From Isurus oxyrinchus (taxonomy: Eukaryota): a DNA stretch of 64,000 nt. Where the stretch lies: positions 105,090,001 to 105,154,000 of the forward strand of contig JANJGN010000021.1 in the NCBI GenBank assembly GCA_026770705.1, read 5' to 3'. Position numbers and translations under genes: made by a program. Positions 51,301 through 64,000 of this stretch are shown in pieces. The notes beneath the pieces were generated by a model, which was given only the letters and a program-made list of their open reading frames with translations, searched no databases and was not told the origin of the DNA. How positions within the stretch are numbered: position 1 is the first letter of the stretch; the number at the start of each line of letters is the position of its first letter.

Positions 51301-51804
51301 ATACCCACGACCTCTACCACCTCAGGAGAAATGGGCAGCAGGTGCATGATAAAACAAGCACCTGCATATTCACCGCTCACTTGCACATCATTCTGACTTG
51401 AAACGCCATAGCATACAGGGCTACGGGCCAGGTTCTGGAAAATGGGATTAGAATAGATAGGTGCTTGATGGCGGGCACGGACACGATGGGCCGGAGGGCC
51501 TGTTTCTGTACTGTGTGGCTCTATGCCTCTATGACTTTATGACTTGGAACTAAATTTCCATTCCCTCACGAAGCTGGGTCTAAATCCTTGGACTCCACCC
51601 CCAACAGCACTATGGGTTTACCTCAACCACAAGGATCAGAACGCGTCAAGATGGCGGCTTACTGTTACCTTCTCATGGGCAACTGGTGTGCACTTAATGT
51701 TCGCCTTGCCAGTGATGCCTATTAACGAATGTAAAGAAATATTGCAAATAAGTTCAAGACTCACCGGAAATCAGCAGGGCACCGATTATACTTTCCGGAA
51801 ACAT
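45125..51804 (-). CDS. NCR3: NKp30/NCR3-like V-type Ig receptor, activating form (gene B); join 51765-51804, 47606-47947, 45125-45330; ~195 aa
   Basis: Phase-1 GT-AG junctions give an open 588-nt CDS: leader MFPESIIGALLISAVAAA, V domain, TM LLWQLMVMGVKFAVFAVIITITIFLVYF containing Lys, and a short tail without tyrosine motifs. The symbol means NCR3-like. Confidence 0.78.
46917..46998. repeat. G-rich low-complexity tract
   Basis: Long G runs; length may be a sequencing artefact. Confidence 0.85.
47606..47947 (-). CDS. gene B exon 2, Ig V-set (VJ-type) domain
   Basis: Same splice sites and 342-nt length as the gene A V exon; 9 nt and 6 aa differences by manual count. Confidence 0.93.
48322..49355 (-). 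mobile_element. CR1-type LINE, 5'-truncated, in gene B intron 1
   Basis: ORFs 48505..49086 and 49046..49369; same subfamily as 13751-14823. Confidence 0.93.
51765..51804 (-). CDS. gene B exon 1, signal peptide (MFPESIIGALLIS)
   Basis: ATG at 51804, 40 nt, donor G|GTGAGT. Confidence 0.8.
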
Positions 51805-54800
51805 GTTTCTGCTTTGGCCTGTGAAGGCAATAAGGAAGAAGAGATTTGCAAGGAGAATTTTAATTGACGTGCAATTTCGTAGCTTTTACTGGAAGTTCTT
51901 TACACCAGACAGTTTACTTTCTTCAAAAGGTGCCCCATTGTTTAGTCATATATCTCGAATTTGCTCGCTCACTGCTGTGCAGACTTTCTTTTTAAATACA
52001 TGGAGATGATATTCCGCCAGGCTCCACTACTCGTCCGCCAAATGTTAGGGGAAAACAACTGCGGAGATCTAGGGGTAAAGGCCTAAAGGGCAAAACCCAA
52101 CATGAACTGGCTAGGCCGAATGGCCTGCGTCTTGACCATAACTTCCATGTAGTTAGTCGATAAACTATCTTTTCTAGGAGTTCTGTTACAGTCACGATAA
52201 TGAAAGGGAGGATCCACACTTCACATTATGCCTATATGTTTTCTATAATTTCCAGCTATCAGGCAGTGATGCGAAAGCACAATATTTATTTAACTGGACA
52301 GAAATGGCAAATAGAAGTGATAATTCACAGGCAGTTACAATGAGCTGTAAACCTGGGTGGTGAATTTTTTGGGGTGATAGAACATTGCACTCCAATTACA
52401 CACCTAGTGTTATCTTCCCCTTTGTGAACCAGGTTCCCATCAAGACCCTACAAGTAAGGTTTTGTTTCTTTCTCTATTCTTTTCTGCTGATACGTTTCAA
52501 AATTTATCATTACTTAAATTATCACTGCCTGTATTAAAATAACGCTTATTATTGTGCGTTCTAGTCTACTACAATAGCAACATTTATCCGTACAGCAGAG
52601 ATGAAATTGAATATGATCAAAGGTGAAAATCAGGGGGTTTAGCTTCGATCAAGAAGAAACTTACATTTCTTAGCACCTTTCATGACGACAGGGGGTCCCC
52701 ACTGAATTGCATTCACTGTTGCAATTTAAGAAAAGCAGCCATTGTGATACTGATCAGATAATGTGCTGTGGATTAAGGAATAAATATTATCAAGGACACC
52801 GGGAACTTATCTTCTTTGGAAAACTGTAATGGAATTTCTTAATTGTGCCTGATTGTGCAAACGTGGCCTCGGTTTCACATCTCATTCAAATGATGGCAAT
52901 CATGCAGAATGCAGCGCATTCTCCTTACTGCTCTGGGCTGATAACCTTTATTGGGTGTTCAAATGGTACCTAACCTCATCACCTTCTGATTGAGCTAGGT
53001 CAAGGGGGTGGGGCGTTGAGGCAGGGGCTGGGGGTGGGGGTGGGGTTGAGAGCCCTCTCAACTGAGACACATCACAGCCTTCAGTTTTGGTAACTTCAGT
53101 GGAACCGACCATCAGGCTACTGCTTCTACTATCCTGCTGCACAACTGCAACTCATTGTGGTTTCTGCCCCTACTGGATGGCCAATTGCACTTCTTGAGTT
53201 TAGAATCATGCCCAATGGAGCATTACAGAGGCTTGGTGAGCTGGACTCCAAACAACACAGAACGATCTGCGGGCTGAGCAAAGTTCTTGGCAAGAGGTGA
53301 CGTTTTAACAAAGGGCAGGTTTCAACAGAGTTCTCAAGGGGAGTAATAGCGCTGGAATGGTTCCAGATAGAAATTCCTAAGGCAAGGCGACAGAATGATG
53401 GGTTGAAGGCGGGGTGGGGTGCGGGACGTGCAGAGGAGACTAGAAACAGGGGGACTGTTCTGAAGAAGAGTCACTCTGGACTCCAAACGTTAACTCTGCT
53501 TCTCTTTGGACGGATGCTGCGAGGCCTTCCGAGTTTTTCCAGCACTTGTTTTTATTTCACGTCTTTAGAATCCGCGGCAGTTTACTTTTAGTATACAGGG
53601 GAACCATGTGCAGCTGTAGGGGCGGTCTCGCAAAATTGGGATATGGGCAGATTCAAAGACAAGGAGAAAAAATTCTGAAGAAGAGTCATATGGACTCAAA
53701 ACGTTAACCCTGTCTTTCTCACCACAGATGCTGTCAGACCTGCTGAGTTTCTCCAGCATTTTTTGATTTTGTTCGAGAAGAACTTCAGGCTTGGGTTGTT
53801 GGCAAACCGAGAGCTAATGTGAGTCAATAGACGGCGGACCCGAGAATTCTTCGTTAAAATTGGCTTAATTTACTATTAATTTACTTTAGTTTAAATGTGT
53901 TTCTACACTCATGAGCATTCAGCGCTTCCAATCAGCGTTAATTTATAACACAACTTAATATTCTACTAAACGAAAACATGATTTACAGAAATACATCAAT
54001 CAAGACGGTTCTTTAGTGGTAAGGTGACAGGGGTGGTAATGCGGAGAGCCAGGCTAATGCTCTGGTGACATTATTAAATCTGGAATTATGAAGCTAGTTC
54101 CGCAATGGCGACCACGGAAGCATCACCCATTGTTGTTAAAACCGATGTAGTTCACCAATACCCTAGAGGGAAGGAACTCTGTTATCATTACCCGGTCTGG
54201 CCTACATGTTACTCCAGACCGACAGCAATGTGGTTGACTCTTCACTGTCCTCTGAAATAACCTAGTATTTTAAAAAGTGAGACCCATTAAATAACTTGAT
54301 AATAAAAAGACCTGGATTTGAAATATGGCCTCAATGGTGACCTTGAAACTAGCATCAATTGTTTTTGAAACGAATCTCGTTCACTAATGTCCTTTATGGA
54401 AGGAAATCTGCCATCCTTACTTGGTATACCCTAAATGTGACTCCAGACCCACAGCAATGTGATTTACTCCTAACTCTGAAATGGCTTAGCAAGCCAATAT
54501 GAAATGCTGCCCTTGCCAGCGACGTCCACATCTCATCGAAAATAAAAGGAAAGTTTGACCTTCCATTTGTCCATGACTTCCCCCTCCCGCCCTTTCCCCC
54601 ACATCCGCCCCCACCCCACCACCCCCCCCCCCCCCCCCCCCCGCACCCCCCACCCGCACCCACCGTCAGCCTATTTAACTAATAAGAATAGCAGACACAT
54701 GGGAACACCACCAACCGGAAGTTCCCCTCGAAGACACTCACCATCCTGACTTGTAAATATATCACCGTTCCTTCACTGTTCTAGGTCAAAATGCTGGAAA

Positions 54801-56149
54801 TCCCTCCCTAACAGCACTGTGGGTGTACCTACACCACATCGGCTGCAGCTGTTCAAGAAGGCAGCTCACCACCACCTTCTCAAGGGCAACTAGGGATGGA
54901 TAATAAATGCTGGCCCAGCCAGAAGCCCACATCCCATGAATGAATTAAAAAAAAAGTTGACAGTTCGGCAGGGGAACTCTGAACATGACCGCTGTTTTAC
55001 TGAAGAACAGAATGATAAAACAAATTTACTTACTTTAACTTGCCAGCAAAGTGTGTCATTTACTATAATATCGTGCATTTCCCCATCGTCTATGCTGTAA
55101 CAAACTTATTTGTAGAACACATCGGGGAGAGTAATGTTTTACTGCATTGAAAGAGGCGTGTCTGCATTTTCTTGAAGAACAAGGAAATAGGATTAGAAAC
55201 TGAAGTTCGTGTCTTATGCAAATAACAGGGTATATATCTCTGTATTAAAAATCACATGAAATTGGGACCTGAATGCCATAGAGCTATTACAAATATTCCA
55301 AGTAATAGGCTTGGGTAAATGTGCGATCATCTGCTTCATTCCGCTCATTGTAAGGTACATACACATTTGACTATTTTAGTAGAATAACGAAATACAATAC
55401 CATTCCTGTAGAAATTGCAATCTCCAAATGGTTCTCTTAAACCGTTGGAAATATCACGCCTTCGGTAAAACAACGATTTACAAAGAATACTTGTGAAATG
55501 ACCAAAATAGCTACGAACTCAATCTGAAACTAAAGTTACAATCAGAAGCAAAAATCACGAGCATTCCTATTTCAGTGGAAGTTGTGCAACGATGGTTTAT
55601 GAAATGGGTTTATTTTTGCTGCAATCCTTTCTGCACATGCGCAGATGGGGGTGTCGGTCGCAGTGAATCAGCCTGTGGTTTTATAATTTGACACAAGCAG
55701 ATAGCTTACATTAAGTTTTGAGGAGCAAGTTGAAATCTGGATTCGGGAGTAATCTACACTGCAGTCATGTTAGCATTGGTTGTGGGCCAAAATGTCCTGT
55801 TCATTTGTGAGTCATGATATTCAAATTCTCAACAGGAATTCGTCCGGGCATAACTTTATAAGAGAACTTTTAATATCAAAAGGATTTGTTCTATTTTCTA
55901 CAAATGAATGTGCCATTGTGTAAATATTGTTTTTATTCATTCATGGGATGTGGGTGTCGCTGGCTAGGCCAACATTTATGGCCCATCCCTGATTGCCCTC
56001 CTTATAATACAACATAACTGCCCTTACTATAACAATAAATAAACAAGATCATCACCCAATGTGGGATTCAGAAGCCCCCTTAACTACCCATTGAGCAAAC
56101 TGGAAATTGCCACCACAAATCTTTTCCAACTTGCTTCAGAAATCTGTGA

Positions 56150-56900
56150 CATGAGAAATAGGAGCATAGGAAATAGGGGCAGGAGGAGGCCACTCTGTCA
56201 ATAGATCGTGCTCCACCATTCAAACGATCATGATTGATCATCTACCTCTACTCCATCTCCCATCCCCACCCCCCTACCCCCTCACTATCCCAACATCCCT
56301 TGATGTCATTGGTGTCCAGAAATCTATCGGTTTCTGTCATGAACATGCTCAATGACTTGAGCCTCCACAGCACTCTGGGGTAGAGAATTCCAAAGATTCA
56401 TCACCCTCTGAGTGAAGAAATTCCTCCTCTTACTCCTCATCTTAAGCACCCTGCCCCTTATCGTGGAACTGTGTCCCCTTTTTCTCGGCTCACCAGATAG
56501 GTGGAGCATCCTATCTCCACCTTCCCTGGCAAACCCTGTAAGAGTTTTGTCAGTTTCAAAGGGATCACTTGTCATACTTTGAAATTCTAGAGAATACAGG
56601 CACAGTTTTTTCAATCTCTCCTCATGTGATGATCCCCCCAACCCAGGGATTAGTCGGATGTACCTCCGTTGCACTCCTTCTATGGCAAGTATATCCTTCC
56701 TTAGATAAGGAGGCCAAATCTATGCCCAATGCAAATTTAGCAATCTGGAAATATTACATTTGGCCCCCACATCCAAATCATTTACATAGATTGTGAACAT
56801 CTGTGATCTTTGTAGTTCACCACTAATAACAGCCTGCTGGCCTGAGAATGACCTGTTTATTCACCTTCTCTGTTTTCTGTCTGCCAACCAATTCTAAATC
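56150..56900 (-). mobile_element. CR1-type LINE 3' fragment
   Basis: ORF 56324..56674 (RNFFTQRVMNLWNSLPQ). Confidence 0.8.
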
Positions 56901-56904
56901 CACA

Positions 56905-59900
56905 AATTAAACCTTCGATAGGGCTTTAAACTAAATAGTGGGGGTTAGGGTTCAGTTACATGGAAATATAAAAAAATCAAAGTTAAAGGAGAGGGTAAGA
57001 GTGCAGGTTAGTGACGAGGCTGATTGCTATCAAAAAGTGAAAGGAAGGGACAGAGTGTGTGATCGCCATCTTGCACCATAGAATCATATAAGAGTAGGGA
57101 AAATTGACAATAGGGCAAACTTAAAGGCTTTGTATCTGAATGCACGTAGCATTCGGAATAAAATTAATGAGTTAACAGTGCAAATAGAGATAAATTAGTA
57201 AGATTTGGTGGTGATTACAGAGACGTGCTTACACGGAGAGTACGTTTGGGAGTTGAATATCTAAGGGTACTCAATGTTTCGGAAGGATAGGCAGGAAAGA
57301 GAAGGGTGTGGTGTAGCTTCGTTAGTAAAAGAAGAGATCAGTGCTATAGTAAGGAATGATATAGGCACTGGAGAGCAAGACATAGAGTCAGTCTGCGTAG
57401 AAATAAGAAATATCAAGGGAAAGAAGTCCCTGGTGGGAGTAATCTATAGGTCCCCAACAGTAGTTTAGCAGTGGGGCACAGTATAAGCCAGAAAATACTG
57501 GGAGCATGTAAGAACGGCATGGCAATAATCATGGGTGATTTTAACATGCATATAGACTGGACTAATCAAATTGGCAAGGGGAGCCTTGAGGGAGGGTTCA
57601 TTGAGTGTATTAGAGATTGTTTCTTGGAGCAATATGTTCCAACACCAACCAGGGAGCAGGCTATTCTGGATGTGGGTTTGTGTAATGAGATGGAATTAAT
57701 TAATCTCATAGTAAAGAATCCTCTAGGGAAGAGTGATCATAGCATGATGGAATTTCAAGTTCAGTTTGAGAGCGAGAAACTTGAGTCCCATACTGGTGTT
57801 CCGGAGTTAAACAAAGGTACCCATACAGGTATGAGGGCAGATTTGTCCCTAGTGGACTGGGCAGGAAGACTACAAGGTAAGGCAGTTGATGAACAGTGGC
57901 AGATTTTTAAGGAGATATTCAGTTCCTCCCAAGTAAAATATCCCAGTGATGAGGACAGATGGTAAGAGGGGGAAAGAGCATCCATGGCTAAGCAAGGAAG
58001 TTAAAAATAACTTAAAGGCAAAAGCTAAGGCATACCAAATTGCAAATATCAGTGGCAGGCTGGAGGATTGGGAAACTTTTACTGATAAACAAAGGGTTAC
58101 TGAAAAAATAATAAAAAGAGCAAAGGTAAATTATGAAAGAAATATAAAATATAAAAACTGACAGCAAAAGCTTCTACAAGTATATAAAAGGAAAGAGAAT
58201 AGCTAAAATGAATGTTGGTCCCTTGGAGGACGAGACTGGGGAGTTAATAGTGGGGAACTCAGAAATGGCAGTGACACTTAATCAATATTTTGCCTCAATT
58301 TTCATAGTGGAGGACACTAGTACCATACCAATAGTAACAGGTAGTGCAGAGCATATAGAGAAGGAGGAACTTAGAACAATCACCGTCACTAGAGAAAAAA
58401 TACTGAGCAAACTATTGGGATTAAAGGGTGACAAGTCCTCAGGACCTGATGGCCTACATCCCAGGGTCTTAAAGGAAGTGCTAGTGGAGATAGTGGATGC
58501 ATTGTCTATAATATTCCAAAAGCTCCTGGATTCTGGAAAGGTTCCAGTGGATTGGAAAAACACTAATATAACGCCCTTTTCAAAGAGAGTGTGGGGGGTG
58601 GGGGGTGTTGGCAGGTGGAGTAGGCAGAAAGTAGGAAGCTATAGGCCAGTTAGCTTAACGTCTGTCATTGGGAAATTGTTGGAATCCATTATTAAGGAAG
58701 TAGTAATGGGGCATTTGGAAAGTCAAAATGCAATCCTTCAGAGTCAGCATGGTGTTATGAAGAGTAAATCATGTTTGACTAATTTACTAGAGTTTTTTGA
58801 AGATGTGACAAGCAAAGTGGATAATGAGGATCCTGTAGATGTAGTATATCTGGATTTCCAGAAGGCCTTTGATAAGGTGCCGCACAAAAGATGAATACAC
58901 ATGATTAGAACACATGGAGTTAGGGATAATATATTAGCTTGGATAGAGGATTGGCTAACGAACAGAAAGCAGAGAGTCAGGGTAAATGGGTCTTTTTCTG
59001 GGTGACAAGCTGTAACTAGTGGGGTGCCACAGGGTTCAGTCCTTGGGCCCCAAATATTTGCAATCTATATTAATGACCCAGATTCCGGGATAGAAGGTAC
59101 TATAGCTAAATTTGCAGATGACGCCAAAATAGATGGGAAAAAAAGTTGCAATGAAGACATATGAAATTTACAAATGGATATGGACAGGTTAGGTGAATGG
59201 GCCAAAATTTGGCAGATAGAGTTTAACGTGGATAAGTGTGAGGTTATCCATCTTGGTTGGAAGAATAAAAATGCAACTTATTACCTGCTGTACCTGCTTA
59301 TTGCTTTCAGCATTTCATGCACGAGGACACCCAGATCCCTTAGCACTGAAGCATCCTGAAGTTTCTCTCCATTTAAGTAATAAGGAAGGCAAATTTTGGC
59401 ATCTATTGTTAAAGGAATAGAGTATAAAAATAGGGAAGTGTTGATGCAACTGTACAAGGCATTGGTGAGACCGCACCTGGTGTCCTGTGCACAGTTTTGG
59501 TCCCCTTATTTGATGAAGGGCACAATTACACTGGAGGCCGTTCAGAGGAGGTTCACTAGAATGATTCCAGAGATGGGAGGCTTGCCTTATGAGGAGAGAT
59601 TGAGCAGTTTAGGTCTATACACGCTAGAGTTTAGAAGGATGAGAGGAAATTTAATTGAGTATATAAGATGCTAAAGGGGATAGACAAAATGGATGTGGGG
59701 GGGATGTTTCCCCTTGTGGGGCATTCTAGAACGAGAGGCCATAGTTTTAGACAAAGGGGTGGTAATCTAAATCAGAGATGAGGAGGAATTACTTTTCTTA
59801 AAGGGATGTGGATCTGTGGAATTCGCTGCCTCAGAGTGCAGTGAAAGCCGGGACGCTGAATAAATTTAAGGAGGAGATAGACAGATTTTTAATTAGTAAT

Positions 59901-60030
59901 GGGTTGAAATGTTATGCGGAGACGGAGGGAAATTGGAGTTGAGGCCAAAATGAGATCAGCCATGATCGTAATGAATGGTGGGGTCGGCTCAAGGGGCTGA
60001 ATTGCCTCCTCCTCCTCCGAGTTCTTATGT
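56905..60030 (+). mobile_element. near-full ORF2 CR1 LINE (APE endonuclease + RT), degenerate
   Basis: LYLNARSIRNK at ~57130, [46 protein letters not shown]; multiple stops and frameshifts. Confidence 0.93.
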
Positions 60031-63000
60031 TTTTAAGGTCGCTGTGCCCATTTTGTATTCTACCTCTTACACACAACTGCCATTCTGGCTGATCTGCTTC
60101 TTTAACCATTTACAGGCAGACAGGAACATTGACACATCGCGCGTGTCAACTTTACTATATTACAGTGTCACACGCTGTAATACATCTGCTGTAACTTCCA
60201 ACTATCATTTTGACTTTAACCTCACTAAATCTCCTGTCCATATTGTCCTTTTCTCTCTGAATATTTATTGATGCTTACTGCTAGAACAGATATTGCGTGT
60301 TTCCAATAAATTCCTTGTGCTAAGATCAAAATAATGAAAGAACAAATAATCATGCGCCCTATGATCCAATACCCTAATGTCATTTAATCCCGCTTCGCCT
60401 GAAGGCGATAAATATAGCCGACTCCATTTTAGTTTTGTCGTAGATCTATTTTGACATTTTTTTGGTATCTGTTATAAAGTCCCGGAAACACAAAGGCGAT
60501 TGGAAATCATCTGTGTGCAATTTGAATAGCCAGTGCGGAGGGAGGTTACGTCATGGAGGTGGAACGAAGGAATCGCCATGATAAAGCGGAATTTTGTGCC
60601 CGAGGCTCAACCTGGGTAACATAGGGCGCCCAGATTGTGAGTAATCTGGTTCAGTACCTCAGAGGGCGCGGGAATTTTTTTTTATCCTTTCGTATTTCAC
60701 TCTCATATGGCATTCATATGATACTTCTTCAGAGCATTCCTTTGTGAAATTTGGCTTTCAAGCAATGGGGGAAATTGAACAGCGATTTTAATTCAGGACC
60801 AAGAAACAGTGTATGTTGATGTTATTATTTAGCATTACAAACTATTCACATGAAGAATCAGAATAAGACAACGAACGAAGTGCATATTGAGTCCAGTTTG
60901 ATAAGATCAGTTAACGATGAACTAATACAATCGCATTCAAATTAATGAATCAAGGTGAAGTTGGGGAATTAACCCACTAAACCAGCCAGAATAAATAGAC
61001 ACTTTTATTCAAGTGTAAGCGATTTTTTAACGGTGTGGTTAAGTCTTAATTACTGTCAAAGAACCTCACTTATACGCTGAAAAATTATTTCTCCAAGTGT
61101 GGACCATGCTTGAAAAAAAAACCTCCTTTCTTATTCTTTCTGTCTCTTATCTCTCCTTCGCTCTTAATTCCATTTGTCTTTTTCGTTTTCTGCACCTGCT
61201 TTGCTTTTGCCTTAAATATTCTACTTTACACTTCCTGTTTCAGACACTTTGGGTTTCAGTAAAATATTTTCAAATTGATTGAATAAGGAGCTACACATTT
61301 CTTTTCTTGTTCACTGAGGTCCCATATCCCTCATTCTGCATCGAGATAAAACTCGCAATGTTTACTCATTTTGAGCAGCTATGTTGAGGAAGGTTATTTA
61401 CACCTCCCAAACAGAGAGGGCAGCCGAGAAGGCAGCTTGACCATGTGCGACACTTTGTAAATGGAACTGTCCCTTTTTTCGAATTCTGATCACTGCAAGT
61501 TCAAGTGCAAAGCCCCGTAGAATGTCTGAGGACAAGGTGTAAGTGCACTGTTGTTTCAGTGCTGATCACAAAATCCATGCCGTTTAATTCAAGATCAAGA
61601 AATAACGTTTATTAATTTTATTATTTAACATTAAAAATGAAATAAAGATTTATTGTAAATTCTGGTAGGAGACAGCAGCATTGCTCTAAGTTGATTACAA
61701 TGAACTCATATTGGTCGGAATTATAAGCGTTGAAGGGACACAATGGATAAACATTACCTTGCAACGTATAATTTGTAAATTTAGTATTTACTTCAAGGGT
61801 TCATCCTGCATATTACGTAAGTCAATTACCGGAGGGAAATGGTAATTGAAAAAGACTGCTCAAGTTAATTAAGAGAACATTTTGATCGATTCCTGAGAGA
61901 AACACACATTGTGAATCCGCAAGACAATGAGGTAACTTTCTGTAATTTATCAGGAAACGAAATGGTGATTCATTTTGTAGCGACTGAACTTCGCCACAAT
62001 TTAGTTTTACTACTCTTTAAGCAACTTGCTGAAGCAACATGAAATAGAACGAAAACTGTTGAGGGGGAACTTTGCTGAGTGCAGCATGAAAACGGCTGTC
62101 TTTTTTTTAATAGCTACTTCCTCTTTAAAGCTGAAGGGTTTATAGCGCGCGTCATAAGACCAACAAGTCACAGGCGTTGCACGTTGAATAATGCTATCTT
62201 TGTGGAAGAACAGTAAAATTCAGCACAATGAGCCGATGTTTAAGCCAGCTGGTTGTACAATTTGTCAAGATAGGTTTGACCTGTGGTTAGTTTGTTTTAC
62301 GCTGACTGTCGTTCTGAATAGTGGTTCATCACGAATATGCATTGTAAATAATGAAGAAGGCTGCTAATGGCTTTTTTTAAATGGTTCCACCGGCTAGACT
62401 GATTTTGAAAGGAGCTGGTTGCCCATATCTGTTTCTGGACCTAACGTGAAAATGATTATCGCTCACAGACTCAGGGATATGTTTTCAGATATGCTGATGT
62501 AGGATCTGCCTCGACGTTGTATGTTTTTTATTCTTTCGGTTATTGGTATTTACAGCTGCAAGTACAGCTAGTTCAAACGGCAACGAATTGTCTTCTCGAT
62601 CAGAACGGGAACATTTTTCTTAATTATTTCGCAGTATCCTAGTGCAGCCCTGGGTTAGTGGTCGAGATATAAATAGCTCATTGGTTAATTTAAAAGTGCC
62701 GAATTGTGATGTGCCCCGGAAGGGCAAGCTTTGAAAATGAAACGAGTAAATCAAATAATATCCCTGCCGCTGTGGGGGAGTAAAGCGTTTGGAAGCATTC
62801 ACATTGCACAATGGCGGGTAGCCAGTTACAATTCCTCAATCTGGCCTCAGTGCGACTCGGGTCCTACATGGGTAGTAACAAAAAACAACTTTTATTTTAC
62901 ATAATACCCTCGAGATAACTCGGGATGGAAGAAAGATGGGTCAGGAGCATTCCAAGAACAAATGCACGCAAGGGTTGCCAGAAGATAGTGCGCAGCTAAG

Positions 63001-63814
63001 ACAGTCGTTGATTCTTCGCAACCACTTTGTTTTTGTTTTGAACTGATTTTCAGTAAATCTTTAGATGATTCGCCTAATGAGAAATCATCATGGTGGCAGA
63101 GGCCGATTTGTGACAACATAAATAAAGCAAATAATCATAATTTATAATGTGGTTACAAGACGATAATCTAAAAATAAATAGAAAAGTATAAAATAATAAA
63201 AGAATTGCACAATTATAATGACTTCAGTATGCAAAGAAATTACAATAGGCCTCAAAATGCAGGTCTCCTTAATTTACAGAATAGAACTGCAAGGTCTGCT
63301 GCACTCGGCATTGCATTATAAAGTCCATATTTCATATATTGCCCTGTTTAATTCATTGAAACTAGAGAGTCTGAATCATTATAGCATTCTTTAACTTTGA
63401 TATTGATTTACTTTAAAAAAAACTTATATGCCAAAACATTCGTTACAATCAAAATTTTGCAATATGGTTCAAGTCAATTTTGGCCACTTATGTCTTGCTA
63501 GGTTTTGATTTAAGATACCGATTGCGCGTGCTGTGCATGGGTCTTTGTTTTGCCTAACAAAATGCCCCCCTTAATTTGAAGGATCTTGTCATCGGTGTCC
63601 TCTTCAAAAGTTAAAATAATAAGAGGCAGGGTTTAACGGCCAAAATCATTACAAAGTGATGACCCCGTCCAGTGTATTGAATCATATCATATAACATCGT
63701 GCCAATATATAAAGGGATTACTTAAAAAAGTATGGTTACTTTCAAAGCGTTATTAAACTCCATTGTTAGGTAGCTAGAGAGGGACTTTACTGTTGCCCAT
63801 AAGTTAATCAGCAC

Positions 63815-64000
63815 ATAAGAACTAGGAGCAGGAGTAGGCAATTCATTGGGCTTGCCCCGCCATTCATTACGATCATGGCTGATCTCATTTCGGCCTCAAC
63901 TCCAATTTCCCGCCCTCTCCCCATAACGTTTCAACTCGTTACTAATTAAAAATCTGTCTATCTCCTCCTTAAATTCATTCAGTGTCCCAGCATTCACTGC
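63815..64000 (-). mobile_element. CR1-type LINE 3' UTR, runs off the window
   Basis: cataagaactaggagcaggagtaggc...gatcatggctgatct; reverse complement of ~59840-60030. Confidence 0.8.

Larger units (their letters stand above)
46300..63650. repeat. segmental duplication unit, copy 2; ends in sequence homologous to the 3' region of gene B
   Basis: Collinear with copy 1; expanded by CR1 insertions at ~48.3-49.4 kb and ~56.1-60.0 kb. Confidence 0.78.

Overview
Eukaryotic, repeat-rich genomic DNA, most likely from a cartilaginous fish; this is inferred from the CR1-type LINEs, tRNA/Deu-type SINEs and Neptune-like Penelope elements. There is one 225-N gap. The core of the window is a tandem array of minus-strand NKp30/NCR3-like single-V-domain receptor genes that I reconstructed from splice signals. 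Gene A (34061->22029, 5 exons, ~253 aa) has an uncharged TM helix and two ITIMs, so it looks inhibitory. Gene B (51804->45125, 3 coding exons, ~195 aa) has a TM lysine and a short tyrosine-free tail, so it looks activating. Their V exons are ~97% identical while their leader exons are only 80% identical. This fits a paired activating/inhibitory receptor kept homogeneous by gene conversion. The 3' end of a probable third paralogue lies at ~63-63.7 kb. The rest of the window is mobile DNA. It includes a deleted ERV split by a 4.4-kb Penelope composite that carries ~1.85 kb of foreign genomic DNA between two pLTRs (14-bp TSD), a solo LTR hit by a second Penelope, a pLTR palindrome with hammerhead-like motifs, several CR1/L2/SINE copies, and a 1050-bp tandem duplication. 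All gene models were read by eye and need transcript confirmation.
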